From Eledone cirrhosa (lineage: Eukaryota): a stretch of DNA of 64,000 nt. The stretch lies in the NCBI GenBank assembly GCA_964016885.1, contig OZ024744.1, positions 113,522,001 through 113,586,000 of the forward strand, in the 5' to 3' direction. The notes beneath the pieces were generated by a model. It ran no database searches. It saw only the letters and a program-made list of their open reading frames with translations, and had not been told where the DNA came from. The translations under genes were made by a program, and so were the position numbers. Positions 11,805-23,790 of the stretch are shown one piece after another (positions within the stretch are counted from its first letter, which is position 1; each line of letters begins with the position of its first letter).

Positions 11805-11939
11805 AAAATATTCTCATAATCAAAATATACACTTTATTACATATATTTCAAAAGTACTGTGTTGTTTTTTCTGAAAAAACAACACAGTACCTTTAAAATA
11901 TATGTAATAAAGTGTATATTTTGATTATGAGAATATTTT
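11805..11939. repeat. Fold-back palindrome (~66-bp arms)
   Basis: aaaatattctcataatc...gttgtttttt-ctg-aaaaaacaac...gattatgagaatatttt. Confidence 0.9.
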
Positions 11940-11978
11940 TCATTTGTTAATATTTTGAATAATATATATATATATATA

Positions 11979-12140
11979 GTTATACTTGGGAAGGGTCATA
12001 TTGTTATAATATTGCCAGAAATAATAACAGAACACACTCACTGTTATTATTTCTGGCAATATTATAACAATATGACCCTCTCCAAGTATAACAATATTTG
12101 TTTCGACACGATTTCATATCAAAAACCTTGCAAAACAAAC
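11979..12140. repeat. Fold-back copy of the 1081-1294 element
   Basis: Arms of ~50 bp around the loop aacacactca. The right arm continues as the reverse complement of 1081-1130. Confidence 0.9.
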
Positions 12141-12166
12141 ATATATATATATATATATATATATAT

Positions 12167-12892
12167 GGTCGCAATCTTCAATTTGCAAAGCTGTCTAAAT
12201 GTAATGTTATTACTCTAAGGTAAAATACCTTATTGAGAGCTTAGCTGCACATCCCGATTGCATTCATTAGCATAGCTGTAGTCAGAGCTTCGATTATGCT
12301 GAACTTACATTTGTATTATTATCTCCTAGACTTAATGATTAATTGATTAATTTAATTAGACAATTCTATTGATTGGTTAATTATTTATGTTTGTTTAATA
12401 ACGTGTGGTCGAGAGCTTTATTCAGTTTGTGGAAAGGAATTTATTCCATTGTTCAAAATTTGAATTTCGACCGCCAAAAACCAGGGGTTACCTCCTTTCG
12501 GGAAAAACCATGCGACTGCCAGCAGTGTTTACTGCTAAAATTCACAACTGGCGTGGCTGAGAACGGAAACCTGTTAAGAAAGTGAATCCTCTGTTCGATC
12601 TTCCAAAACCAACAACTTGCAGGCCCCGCAAGTGGATTTTGTTGATGTCGGATTTACAGAAACCTAGCAGAGATATTGTATAATATCGACACGATGGTGC
12701 AGGAATGTCATTTTCCTGAGTCGGTTTTCTCGTTGCTTTGGTCCCTGCGGCTGGCTTATCGGTCGCTGTCTTCAATTTGCAAAGCTGTCTAAATGTAATG
12801 TTATTACTCTAAGGTAAAATACCTTATTGAGTGCTTAGCTGCACATCCCGATTGCATTCGTTAGCTTAGCTGCAGCCAGAGCTTCAATTATG
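12167..12892. mobile_element. Unclassified element with 132-bp terminal direct repeats (period 594 bp)
   Basis: 12167-12298 closely matches 12761-12892. Both sides are flanked by TA-rich microsatellite. Confidence 0.75.
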
Positions 12893-12946
<54 letters not shown>

Positions 12947-12953
12947 ATATATA

Positions 12954-13041
<88 letters not shown>

Positions 13042-13220
13042 TATGTTTATATATATATATGTATGTATATATATATATGTATATATATATGTATATACAT
13101 ATATATATGTACATATATATATGTATATATATATATATGTGTACATATATATATGTATATGTATATATATATATATGTATATATATGTATATGTATATGT
13201 ATATATATATATGTATATAT
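12893..13220. repeat. (TA)n/(TG) microsatellite
   Basis: Direct inspection. Confidence 0.95.
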
Positions 13221-13321
13221 ACGATATTAACAAATGGAAACTATATTTATAAAACCATATTTATTTCATTATACATATTTCAATGGTTTTATAAATATAG
13301 TTTCCATTTGTTAATATCGTA
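13220..13321. repeat. Fold-back palindrome (~40-bp arms)
   Basis: tacgatattaacaaatggaaactatatttataaaaccat / atggttttataaatatagtttccatttgttaatatcgta. Confidence 0.9.
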
Positions 13322-13555
13322 TTTTTACTCCAATTATTTGTTGAGTGCTTTATATCAGTTATAAAAATATTTGCTTGTTGTATCCCAACAATTTAAATTG
13401 AACTTTTACATATATGTATATATATATATATATGTATATATATATTTTGGATATAATGCTCTGAAATAGCGATATATATGTGAAGACAAACATGTACACA
13501 GCTAAGTATTCTATAAGTCTCTAGCTGTGTCATTCTCGATAAAAGCACTGGATAT

Positions 13556-13598
13556 GTAATCCTGATGATTTCTAATAAGAATGAAACGCGTAGGTTAC
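13556..13598 (+). ncRNA. Intact minimal type I hammerhead ribozyme motif
   Basis: gtaatc-CTGATGA-t-ttc-taataa-gaa-t-GAAA-cgcg-TA-ggttac. Palindromic CGCG loop III. Distal 16-bp stem attctcgataaaagca/tgcttttatcgagaat. Confidence 0.88.
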
Positions 13599-13723
13599 TT
13601 CCCTTGCTTTTATCGAGAATCTCAAATTGTAATACGTAATGTATTCTATTCTATAGCGATTGGGTCTTCGAAATGTTTATTATAAACATACAGAATATTT
13701 TCGAATATTCTATGTTTGTCTTC

Positions 13724-13781
<58 letters not shown>

Positions 13782-13782
13782 T

Positions 13783-14193
13783 ATAGGATTTCGCTTCAAG
13801 CATAGCATTATAAAAATATGTATAGAAATTTTGTATTTCTAAAGAAACACGGTTTTAGGAAGCCGTAGCTATGTAAACACCGGGGCTAACGCCCTCTGGT
13901 GGTATCCAGCAGAAGCAAGGGGGATAACCGTCTGTGCATTTCAGGCTTGACTGGCCCTCTTCAGGACGGTCCCTCCCACCGCTTGCAACTGCTGGACTTG
14001 AAAACAGTCGAGAATATATAGTTTCCTCGTCTGTGTAAATGAGGTGATTAATCTCATTAGCATATGAAGCTGCATAAGTTGGCTCAACTTATATTAGAAA
14101 AGAAATAGGATTTGACTTCAAGCATAGCTGTACACAATATGTATAGAAATTTCGTATTTCTAAAGAAACATGGTTTTAGGAAGCCGTAGCTAT
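13783..14193 (-). mobile_element. Hammerhead-containing mini-element with ~89-bp terminal direct repeats (period 322 bp), retrozyme/pLTR-like
   Basis: 13783-13872 closely matches 14105-14193. The element is embedded in (TA)n and carries an internal hammerhead. Confidence 0.75.
13927..13970 (-). ncRNA. Minimal hammerhead motif, U16.1C variant
   Basis: Minus strand accgtc-CTGAAGA-gggc-cagtcaa-gcct-GAAA-tgca-CA-gacggt. Perfect 6-bp stem I and palindromic TGCA loop. Confidence 0.82.
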
Positions 14194-14585
14194 ATATACG
14201 ATTTAGGAGTCGCAGAAACCCAAATGCTGGATTTTACCAACCATCCAGGGGTCCGGGTAAATTTTCAATCACACATATTTTCATTTGTTTGACCCGAATT
14301 ACTTGGTTGTTTTTATGGCTGTCCGGATGATTGTTTAACCATCGTCTCAGTGTGTTTGGCATTTAACGTATGTTGTAGCTCTGGTTCATCTGAATCATTG
14401 AGCGCTTACCACACATCTCGGAAGTTGTTTTTCGTTAATTCCTAAGCCGAAATACGATTCTCGCTAATTTATATTTATATATATATATATATGTAGTAAT
14501 AATTATTACGAAAAGCAAAATCGACGAGGGCTCGATAAAGATTGAGTATATAAATAAAAAAGTATATATAATCCCATAGAGCAAA

Positions 14586-14712
14586 TATTAGTACGGATTA
14601 AAGTTTAAACAAAGAATTGCTGCTTTCACCCTATTATGGGATCTTCTGAAACTGGAGATCTCATAATAGGGTGAAAGCAGCACTTCTGTTTAAACTTTAA
14701 TCTGTACTAATA
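14586..14712. repeat. Fold-back palindrome with degenerate hammerhead cores
   Basis: Arms of ~60 bp. The + strand reads CTGGAGA-tctc-ataata-gggt-GAAA and the - strand reads CAGAAGA-tccc-ataata-gggt-GAAA. Confidence 0.8.
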
Positions 14713-14880
14713 ATATGTATATGTATATATACGTACATATGTATGTGTGTGTTATAATATGTTGACTAACCAAGGCTGTGTAATCAACACTACAATCAGT
14801 AAATAACGATGCACATAGGTTCAAGCACTCAATGTCATGTATATCCTACCAAATGTAATTTAGTAGTCCATGACAAAGTA

Positions 14881-15290
14881 TACATACAATAATGATAATT
14901 GCGAAGGTCAGTTGAAAATATTAATTTCTCATTTTATTCAGAATCTGCTGTAATACATATTTCTGGGGTGTTAATAATTACACAATACTACCATCACACA
15001 ACCAACACAACTTCCTCAGACAGCATCTTAAGTAATAAGGTTGTTGTTGAGAGGGGGAACGGATTCTCATAGAAGCAACATTGGATTTATCGATACCTTT
15101 GTTGATAGCATGTATAGCATTTAAAATGTTACATAACAACCTTATTACCGAAGATGCTGTCTCAGGAAGTTGTGTGATGGTAGTATTGTGTAATTATTAA
15201 TACCACAGAAACATGTATTGTGGCAGATTCTGAATAAAATGAGTTATGAATATCTTCACCTGACCATAGCAATTATCATTATTGTATGCA
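14881..15290. repeat. Imperfect inverted repeat, ~160-bp arms, ~90-bp spacer
   Basis: 14881-15046 is complementary to 15135-15290. Confidence 0.88.
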
Positions 15291-15989
15291 TATATATAGA
15301 TATATATAATGGTGACAGTAATGGCAATGGCTTTAGGTGATATATATATGCATACACATACAGTGAACAAAACACAGAAGAAGTTGCTCTTACCAGTATT
15401 TTCTCCCTCATCTAAATGTCAACAGAGAGAGAGAGAGAGAGAGAGGGGGAGAGAGAGAAAGAAAGAAAGAGAGAGAGAGAGAATGTTTATTCACTGTCAA
15501 GTGAGGAAACAGAAAAATGTTATTGTTGGTAAAAATAAAGGGAACCATTTTAAACATGTTTAGTATAAAATAAGTAGGTGGCTTTACAATACAATACATA
15601 CATATGTATATCATCATCATTATCTTTTAACACCTGCTCTTCTTGATTGTGTGTGTGTTGGGTGTATTGTCACAAACTAAGTCAGTATTTAATGGGAGTT
15701 ACTGTCCTCTGAATTGAGGCAAGGCTATATCTCACTCACATATGTCCTAGTTTTGACATGGTTTCTACAGATTGACCACCAGCAACCACTTTATGTCATT
15801 TATTAGCTGTTTTATTGTGGCACCAACACTAGAGAAGTTGTCTTTTCTTTGATGCGCCTGAAGAACCTTTTCAGTACTTTTATTGGCATCTATGTGTGTG
15901 TACATGTATGTAGGTATGTGTGTCAGAATTCACATGCTTCGGACAGAAGAACAAAAACAATGGGACCTGGATGCACTCACATTCACAGA

Positions 15990-16640
15990 GAGGAGAAGAG
16001 TGCTGAATGGACCACAGTCTCTGAAGAGGAACTCTCGAAGTTCGGAAGAAGATGAAACATGGTGGTGTCAAGGTATAGAGACATATAAACATCTCACAAT
16101 TGGCCTGCACAGACAAACAAAAGAATTTTCAAGAAGCAGTTCAGTAAATTGAAGTCACCAACGATGATGATGCATGTCTATCTTTCAGCAAACAGCTTTA
16201 TGAGGTAGTGGCCATAATTTGGGTTATGCAGAGAATAAACATCAGGATTGGTTTATTGCAAATGAGCCACACAGGAAATCAAGGCAAGATGTTGTGAATG
16301 CAATAACGACCTCCTAAACTATGTCTGACGTGATTGAGGCCATGGAGGAGACTGCTGTCATTAACAAGCTTGATGATCCTCCAACACTGGAAGATGTTAA
16401 AACTGTAGTGACAAATGAACACTGGCAAAGCACCTGGGAAGATGGTTTAGTGACTGAAATAGCGCAACAAAGTGGTCCTAAAGTATATGATCTGTTGCAG
16501 AACATATACCACCTGGTGTGGTTGATGGATGCAATCCCACATAACTGGAAGTATATTATTCTCATCTCCCACTTCAAGAAGGGAACCAAAGATGTTTGTG
16601 ACAATTACCGTGGGATCTCTTTACTATCAGTTGTTGGTAA
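15990..16640 (+). mobile_element. Degenerate LINE (RTE-like, different subfamily) fragment
   Basis: DPPTLEDV, IPHNWK and KKGTKDVCDNYRGISLLSVVGK. Confidence 0.75.
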
Positions 16641-16980
16641 AACCTTTCTAGTGTTGGAAGGACTTTTCAGTTATGTTGAGGACATGACCTCTCTAGTGTT
16701 GGAAGAACTCTTAAGTTATGTCAAGATCAAGACAACCTCTCTAATGTTGGTGCAAAGATAAAACACACCCAGCACACACTATAATGTGGTTGGTGATAGG
16801 AAGGTTAACTAGTCTTAGAAACCATGCCAAAACAGGAACATATGTGAGACCATCTGCGAAGTGAGTAACTCCAAGTACAAACTTGGTTTGTAACAACCTG
16901 TCTAATACATCCAGCATGGTAAGATGGACATTAAATGATGACGACGATGATAATTATGATGTTGATGATGATGATAATAA
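16640..16980 (+). mobile_element. SINE/LINE 3' tail module
   Basis: cacccagcacacactataatgtggttggtgataggaagg...ggacattaaatgatgacg, then (gat)n. Confidence 0.6.
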
Positions 16981-17560
16981 GTGTCAATAAGCCATTAAGG
17001 TTAAAATTACTACAGACTTCTACATTGTCAATGAACACTGAACACTGATATCCTCTATATTCCAACAGAAAAGACTCAGCAATGTTTTCAATAGTTATCT
17101 AAATGTATTATAGACAAACAACTCAGGTTAGCCAGACAAGCAACTAGTTGGCTAGTTATTGTGGGTAACACTCCCTTACTGAATATAACCACCACAGAAA
17201 GAAACTGACAAAATTTCAGTAAAATATTGTCATTGCTTAAACTGTACTATTGAGGAATTTAGAGAATACAAGAGGGACATCTTTGTAAAGCATGACTGGC
17301 TTTTCTCTCACTATATTTTTAATGAATGACACCACCTATAGTTTTTTTTAAATGTTAGAAATAATACAGAATTTCAAAGGATTTAGTAATATAATTTATC
17401 AATTAATCAGTGTTCAGAACATAACTTAACAAAGGTTCTTATGTAAAATAATGATGGAAGGCTGTTAGACAAATATAAACACTTTAAAACAAACAGTTTT
17501 TCATCAGAGAACCAGGGGTGTTTTCAGCCAGTTCTGTAAGGATCATAGTTACGACTTTAA

Positions 17561-18641
17561 CCCTTTAACATTCACATTAATTTTCAAACGTCATGCTTAT
17601 TTGTTCGCATTATTTTGAGTTAATCATACTCAAGAGGGTTATCAATTTTATTTGTTTGTAATTTTCTTAATTTTCTATGTGCAGGCTTGAAATTTTGTCA
17701 GTAGATGTTTAAATATCAATAATTTACAATTATATAATTTTACCTGATTTTTTTGGTTAAATTTGACTTTTATGGGCAGGTGAAATTAATTAATAGGGGC
17801 ATTTGAAGTATCAACCAGGGGCAAATACTGGTTTAATTTTAAATACGTTGTTTTCGGCATAATACTTGATATATAAGGATCACTAAACCTTATATCAGTG
17901 TTCCAGTAATTCCACAGTCTTGGAAATTGTTTTATACCGAACATATTTATGGTAAAAAATGTTTGCATTTCTGCAGCATCTGCCAGTCGCCATAACAGAT
18001 CAGGTTTTCCTCGATTTGAAATCTGTTGTTGGGCATATCGATTAATCTCTTCTGCCATAACTTTGAAGAAAGTTTGTGGTAAAAACAAAAAGAAATAATC
18101 CAGTGCTTTAGCATCAGGAGCTAATATGTGTTGTGGACCAGTATTTTGAATAAAATCGGGAACATATATTAGTGTGGTATTTTTCAACCACATTGCTGTA
18201 ATATTTTCAATGGCGTCCTGGAGTCTCCTTTGTTTACACTTTCAAAACAACAATCATCGTCGGATGAAATTTTAGAAATATAAACATCTGATTCATTTGA
18301 AGATAAATCACTAATATTATCTTTTGTTTCTTGTTCACTCTGAATGTTGTTGTGTGTAAAACCTTCAAAGTCGGTATCGCTACTTTCACAAGCCATGTTG
18401 ATACACAAAAAATCTGTTCTACTTTCAATGTTAAAAAACACTTGTTTTAAGTTGTTTCACTATATTAAGTGTTAATTTTCGTGGTATGGGCCTAATCTCG
18501 CAGTAATCTTGAATTGACAAGATTTTGATGATGGTTTGTTTATTTTTAGAACGATTTTTTAGTGTGAGTGTTATCGGCTGGTTTCGGGCGGTTTGAACAA
18601 ATGAAGGGGAAATAATTTTGGCCGGTTTGAACACTAAAGGG
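17561..18641 (-). mobile_element. Internally deleted piggyBac transposon
   Basis: TTAA|ccctttaacattca ... tgaacactaaaggg|TTAA. ORFs 18184-18441 and 17786-18193 resemble the piggyBac/PGBD N-terminus (LDYFFLF..EEINRYA..FPRLWNYW). Confidence 0.87.
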
Positions 18642-18668
18642 TTAAAGGAAGAAGTAAATATAAAATAC

Positions 18669-18889
18669 CTTGAGATAAAGAAGCTTCAGCCTCTGCCTCA
18701 CGTCGTCGGCGAGCCACACGTTGTTTATCTTCCAACATAACCTTTACTTTGTTCGCTTCATCCCACCGACCATCTTCCATCAAACGTTGATCTGGACGAT
18801 TTCGGGAGTCAGTAGATGCTACATTTTCTTCGGGTTCATTTAGTTCAAGAGCCAATTGTGTGAAATAATACATACGTTCGGATCCATTT
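18669..18889 (-). CDS. OSBP: OSBP penultimate-type exon (MYYFTQLALELN...DSRNRPDQRLMEDGRWDEAN)
   Basis: tcacag|AAATGG...CTCAAG|gtattt, 221 nt. The expected final exon (WF...YW...PDIF-like) was not seen in 1-18668. Confidence 0.95.
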
Positions 18890-18958
18890 CTGTGAAGTAG
18901 AAATGGTTAAGATATTACAGAAATATACCATGTTGTTGGATAGACATGAATTAAAGCT

Positions 18959-19099
<141 letters not shown>

Positions 19100-19527
19100 C
19101 AGATGACATATAGAACTATTCAATGTTTACTGAGACACAGAAATATATGCTGTACACACATTACATAGAGTACCCAAAGACTTTTACTCCAGCACTACAC
19201 ACATATAACATACAGAAAATAACATTACTAGGTACTGTACATATATTACATAGAGTACTCTCAATACAATAGAAACAATAACACTGCACATACCCCCAAG
19301 ACACATTGAGCTGTGAGGCTCAATATATCACACAGCCTATGAGGTTAGGGATCCCAAGGCTTTTGATAAAAGAAGTAAGGTATTTAGGGACTGTGCCTAG
19401 CACCACAATGATGATTGGCACAGCTTCTGTCTACATGGTGATCAGTTCTAATAACACCTACAAACTCAGCATACATATGGATCTTTTCCATTTCTTTTTC
19501 AGCCACATTATGGTCTTCTTAATAATA

Positions 19528-19652
19528 ATGATTTCTACTATAGGCACAAGGCCAATAATTTTTGGGGAGGGGAAAAGCAAATTGACGCCAGTGCATTACT
19601 GGTTCTTTATTTTATCGACCTCAAAAGGATGAAAGGTAAAGCTAACCTCAGA
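19528..19652 (-). mobile_element. SINE family B partial
   Basis: ctggttctttattttatcgacctcaaaaggatgaaagg motif. Confidence 0.7.
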
Positions 19653-19814
19653 GAGAAATAATAATAATAATAACAATACAACATATATGAACTGATCACT
19701 GCAAATAATTCTGAGACACTTTAGAGTTTCATGAAATAATTCTGAGAAAGTTCATTAATCTGAAGCAAAATAAAAATATAAAATAAAATGAACAAGAGAG
19801 ACAGGGATACTTAC

Positions 19815-19981
19815 GGAGGAGGTCGGCGTTTCCATACATATCTATGAGGGCCAGTCTCAAAAACAGGTTTCCCTTTGGACTCATCAACATTGATAACCTG
19901 AGCTCCTTCCATTTTGTCATCCCAAGTTCCTGTTAAAACCCACTGAGCTTTCCCTGAGCTATTTGTAACCACTCCAGTAAC
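19815..19981 (-). CDS. OSBP: OSBP exon (VTGVVTNSSGKAQWVLTGTWDDKM...VWKRRPP)
   Basis: cttgtag|GTTACT...CCTCC|gtaagt, 167 nt, GTWD motif. Confidence 0.95.
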
Positions 19982-20339
19982 CTACAAGAAATTGCAACAA
20001 ATATCATCTTTAATAAAATTTATTCCATAATTGTTTTATTGGAAGGAAATCAAAAATAAGAAATTCTTTGAGATAAAACCATTCCCTAAATTTTAATAAA
20101 GTACAGTGCATAACTGTCAGATGACTGAAACCAATAAAATATATATTAATGAAGTTATGATAAAAGATTGTAAAATACAGGGTCAATCTCTCATAGAAAC
20201 TTCCTTTATGTCATATATATATGACTTCTCTCTCTTGTTATATGTATCAGAACTTTCCTAAACCTATATTTAACAGAAAGGTGCTTTAGTTTTCATTCTC
20301 TCCTACTCTATATTTTCCTGTGTTGTTTCTTCTGTCTTC

Positions 20340-20748
20340 AGTTTATTCTGATGTCACTGATAACCAATATATGTTGGGCAGTACATTCTTATCTAGAGAA
20401 GGTCTTAACATTTATAACCATCTGGTTATCCTGTTTTCTAACTTGTAAGAAGTCACCTGATTGGTAGCTGATCAAATGGCTGGCTGGTTTCCTGAAGTTA
20501 GTGTTACAAATAGTTAGTTCATCCACATCACAGAATTCCAGGAGTTTCATTCCCTCTTTATTTCTTGAGCCATAACCATAGCCACCCTGTACCCCAGTGT
20601 AGCCATCCTGGTACTGCCTCACATGTCTATTAAAGTCACCTGCCCAGATGATGAGGTCTCTGTCATCAGTAACTAAAGTTGTCTGTAAAAGTTCCTCATA
20701 GAACCTGTCTTTTTGTTCTTTACTCAGTCCTGCCTGTGGATTTTGCAT
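20340..20748 (-). mobile_element. RTE LINE endonuclease fragment
   Basis: PQAGL..KDRFY, AGDFNRHV, GGYGYGSRN and LTICNTNFRK. Confidence 0.85.
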
Positions 20749-21267
20749 CTCTCTCTATCCCCCCCCCCCTCTCTTTATATATATATATATTGAAAAATGG
20801 GGGCAACAAACAATATCTAGTATCTAAAAAAAAAAAGCTAGATGACAGGTTTACATAGCAATTAGAAAAGCTGAAAACTGGAGGTTTGCCATCATTATGT
20901 AATGTAAGGATGAGAGGCATGAGGTGTTCTGCATAGCAAAGTAACGTGCCAGTGGGGAAAAATGTTTTTAGAGTGACACAAGTACACTTAGCTTCACTGA
21001 TGTTGATGAATGAGGACAATGAGTGGAAGGAAGAGGGACTATCACAAGTAATAATGGTCTATTGACTTTTGGGCCACCCTGTATTATAATTAATTGAAAT
21101 ATATATAGTTAGAAGTGTGCTAGCAGCCAAAGTATATGATAAAGTTATATCTGTATAACTACATTGTGTAACCATGACTGCACCAATTTGTATAAATATA
21201 TACACATATCTAATATGTAAAGATACAAGAAAATAAAAATTTCCTAGAAAATAAAAAAAATTATAAA

Positions 21268-21314
21268 CATCTTTAATCGATTTTTGGATCTTATTGGACC
21301 TTCACCAGAAGATG
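21268..21314 (-). ncRNA. Degenerate hammerhead motif
   Basis: Minus strand catctt-CTGGTGA-aggtc-caataa-gatcc-AAAA-atcgat-TA-aagatg. Perfect stem I, palindromic ATCGAT, two core substitutions. Confidence 0.65.
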
Positions 21315-21384
21315 TGTATATCATCTAATCTACCACAAGGAAACATGTATTTGATGGGTATATATACCCATTCACTCTTAGTAT

Positions 21385-22235
21385 AATTCTGAAATTGTTC
21401 CAAAAGTAAAGGTAACTTTCTAGAAAGGAGCAACTATAGAGGTATAAAACTATTGGACAAAGTTATGAAAGTGACGGAAATAGTTATTGCACAACTAATT
21501 AGGAAAAAAGTCAAATTAGACAAGCCTAGGAAAAGTACGATAGATATCCTCTCTTTAGTGAAACAACTACAAAAGAAGTTTCTAGCTAAGAGTAAACAAG
21601 TGTATTTTGTTGATCTAGAGAAAACCTTTGATAGAGAATCTCAATCTATTATCTGGTGGTCCTGAAAGAAACTAGGTGTAGAAGAATGGCTGGTGAGAGC
21701 AGTGTAAGCTATGTACAGAGGATCTGTCAAAGTGAGAGTAAGAAATGAGTTTAGTGAGGAATTTAAGGAGTACAGCATGGTTCAGTTCTCAGTCCCCTCC
21801 TGTTTATTATAGTTCTCCAGGTCATAACTGAGGAATTTAAGACTGGATTTGGTCCTTATAGCCAAATCTATCGAAGAACTAGAGAAGAAACTCTGGCTTT
21901 GGAAACAGAACTTAGAATCAAAAGGTCTGAGAGTAAACTTGGGAAAAACTAAAGTTTTAATAAGTAGGAAACTGTGTACGAAGTGCACTGTTGCTTGGAA
22001 GTGAAAGATGGGCAGTGAATATGGAGTATATGTGAAAACTGGAGAGAAATGAAGAGAACGTGCTTTGTTGCATGTACAATTTTAATGCATGTGAATAACA
22101 AAGCATGGATGCACTGAGAGAGAAGCTGGATATAAGAGGAATCATATGTAATGTGCAGGAGAGGAGACTGTGCTGGTATAGACATGTGATGTGTATGGAT
22201 GATGATTGTTGGGTGAAGAAGTGTCAAGAAATCCA
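21385..22235 (+). mobile_element. Degenerate RTE LINE with internal deletions
   Basis: NYRGIKLLDKVMK, FVDLEKTFDR and GLRVNLGKTKV. Confidence 0.85.
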
Positions 22236-22244
22236 TTAATTTAA

Positions 22245-22470
22245 ATCTACTCTACTGAGTTCAAATCCCTCTGAGGTTAACTTTGCCTTTCATCCGTACG
22301 GAGTCAATAACAAAGTACCAGTAATGCACTGGGTAAGTGCTGGCCTTGTGCCAAAAGTAGAAACAATTAATTTAAATATACCCCAGTACATGACTGGTAC
22401 TTTATCTTAACAACCTCAGAAGGATGAAAGGCAAAGTTGATCTTGGTGGGATTTGAACTCAGAACAAAGA
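22245..22470. mobile_element. Two partial family B SINEs in tail-to-tail inverted orientation
   Basis: ctgagttcaaatcc..ctttgcctttcatcc on + and ggatgaaaggcaaag..ggatttgaactcag as the - copy. Confidence 0.75.
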
Positions 22471-22553
22471 AGTAGGATGAATATTCAGAGAAATATTCTT
22501 GTGATGCTCTATTGAGTCTACCTGGTAATGTCTGAAGTAATGAAGTACAATAC

Positions 22554-22753
22554 CTTGCGTGGTGTCTCCCTGCTAAAGTAACTATAGGCTGAATATTTCA
22601 AGTGACACTTATCTCCAGTGGTATGATTGGTGATGTCCATTTCTCCATGGTTGTCTACCCACAGACGACCAACAATGATATTATGTACTGTTGTGGTCAC
22701 CTTTCGCCATGTATAATGGTCACCAGTTTTAGTGAACTCAAGATGACTGATTC
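22554..22753 (-). CDS. OSBP: OSBP exon (YTWRKVTTTVHNIIVGRLWVD...YSYFSRETPRK)
   Basis: ttaaag|GAATC...CGCAAG|gtattg, 200 nt, in phase. Confidence 0.95.
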
Positions 22754-23347
22754 CTTTAACAAGAAAAATTACAATTTTAAAATAATTTCATAACATTAAA
22801 TTATTGATAAATGATAAAAATCATTTAGCAAAAATTATATTAAAAAAGAAAAAGACATCTTTTTTCACCAGAGATTTATCAAAGTTCCCCTGAAAAATAT
22901 CTTTCTATGTTTACATGGTGTAGTAGGGACTCCCATCAAGCAATTTTATCTGATACCAACCCATGTGACCATCACTTCTGATTATACAACACATCACTCC
23001 TGCAATTGTTCTATGTAGATTACAACCTTCCAACATAACATTATGTAAGAACATTTTGTTTAAATATGTTCCAAACACCAGTTCAATAATGAAAAAAAAA
23101 AAAAAAAGAAGAAACCTATTATTTTTCCAATTAACCTAAACACCACAGTATATTCTATTAGAGATATTGGCTCAGGCAAATAACAGTTGACAATATAATT
23201 GGGACAATAAAATATTTACTTCTTATAATTCTAATGTTTCTTTCATGTAATTGTCAGCTTGTTATAAGTGTTCTTTCTAATAATTAATTAATTAATTAAT
23301 TGTGTTTCTCCTTCCAGATTAATACTGACAGTTACAGGATTTCCATT

Positions 23348-23530
23348 ATGTACTATAAACAGCAACTACACTATTACATATTGACTAAGGTGGAATGTAC
23401 TATAAACAGCAACTATACTATTACATATTGACTAAGGTGGAATGTACTATCAACAGCAACTATACTATTACATATTGACTAAGGTGGAATGTACTATCAA
23501 CAGCAACTACACTATTACATATTGACTAAT
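23348..23530. repeat. 47-bp tandem repeat (~4 copies)
   Basis: Unit atgtactataaacagcaactacactattacatattgactaaggtgga. Confidence 0.9.
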
Positions 23531-23544
23531 TAATTGCGGAATGT

Positions 23545-23727
23545 ATGGTGGATGCTGAAAAGTTTGTGGTTTTGGGTAAAATAAAATTCAAGAGGATCAG
23601 TTAATTATGATTTATCCAACATATTCCCCTCTCAGATTCACACACAATAGTCCTACCTCTCCTGTAAAGGTAACAGTTCTATTCTTTTGTGATACCATTA
23701 GCTAGGAACTTTTCAGCACCCCCTCAT
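23545..23727. mobile_element. Small MITE (Tc1/mariner-like TIRs)
   Basis: ggatgctgaaaagtt at the left and aacttttcagcacccc at the right. Confidence 0.55.
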
Positions 23728-23790
23728 GCTATCAATAACAAATTATATTATATCTAGAGCGGGTAAAGAATATTGGTTAAGACTACTTAC

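Noticed and set aside
12835-13364. Long YIYI/CVCV ORFs (also 48164-49013 and 51882-52280)
   Set aside because: Translations of (TA)n/(CA)n microsatellites.
16017-16060. CTGAAGA-gaact..agttc-GAAG hammerhead-like string
   Set aside because: It lacks GAAA, a UH site and stem I, and lies in a decayed LINE.
20085-20145. GAAA-ccaa-TA possible hammerhead relic
   Set aside because: No recognisable CUGANGA or convincing stem II, so it is too degenerate to call.
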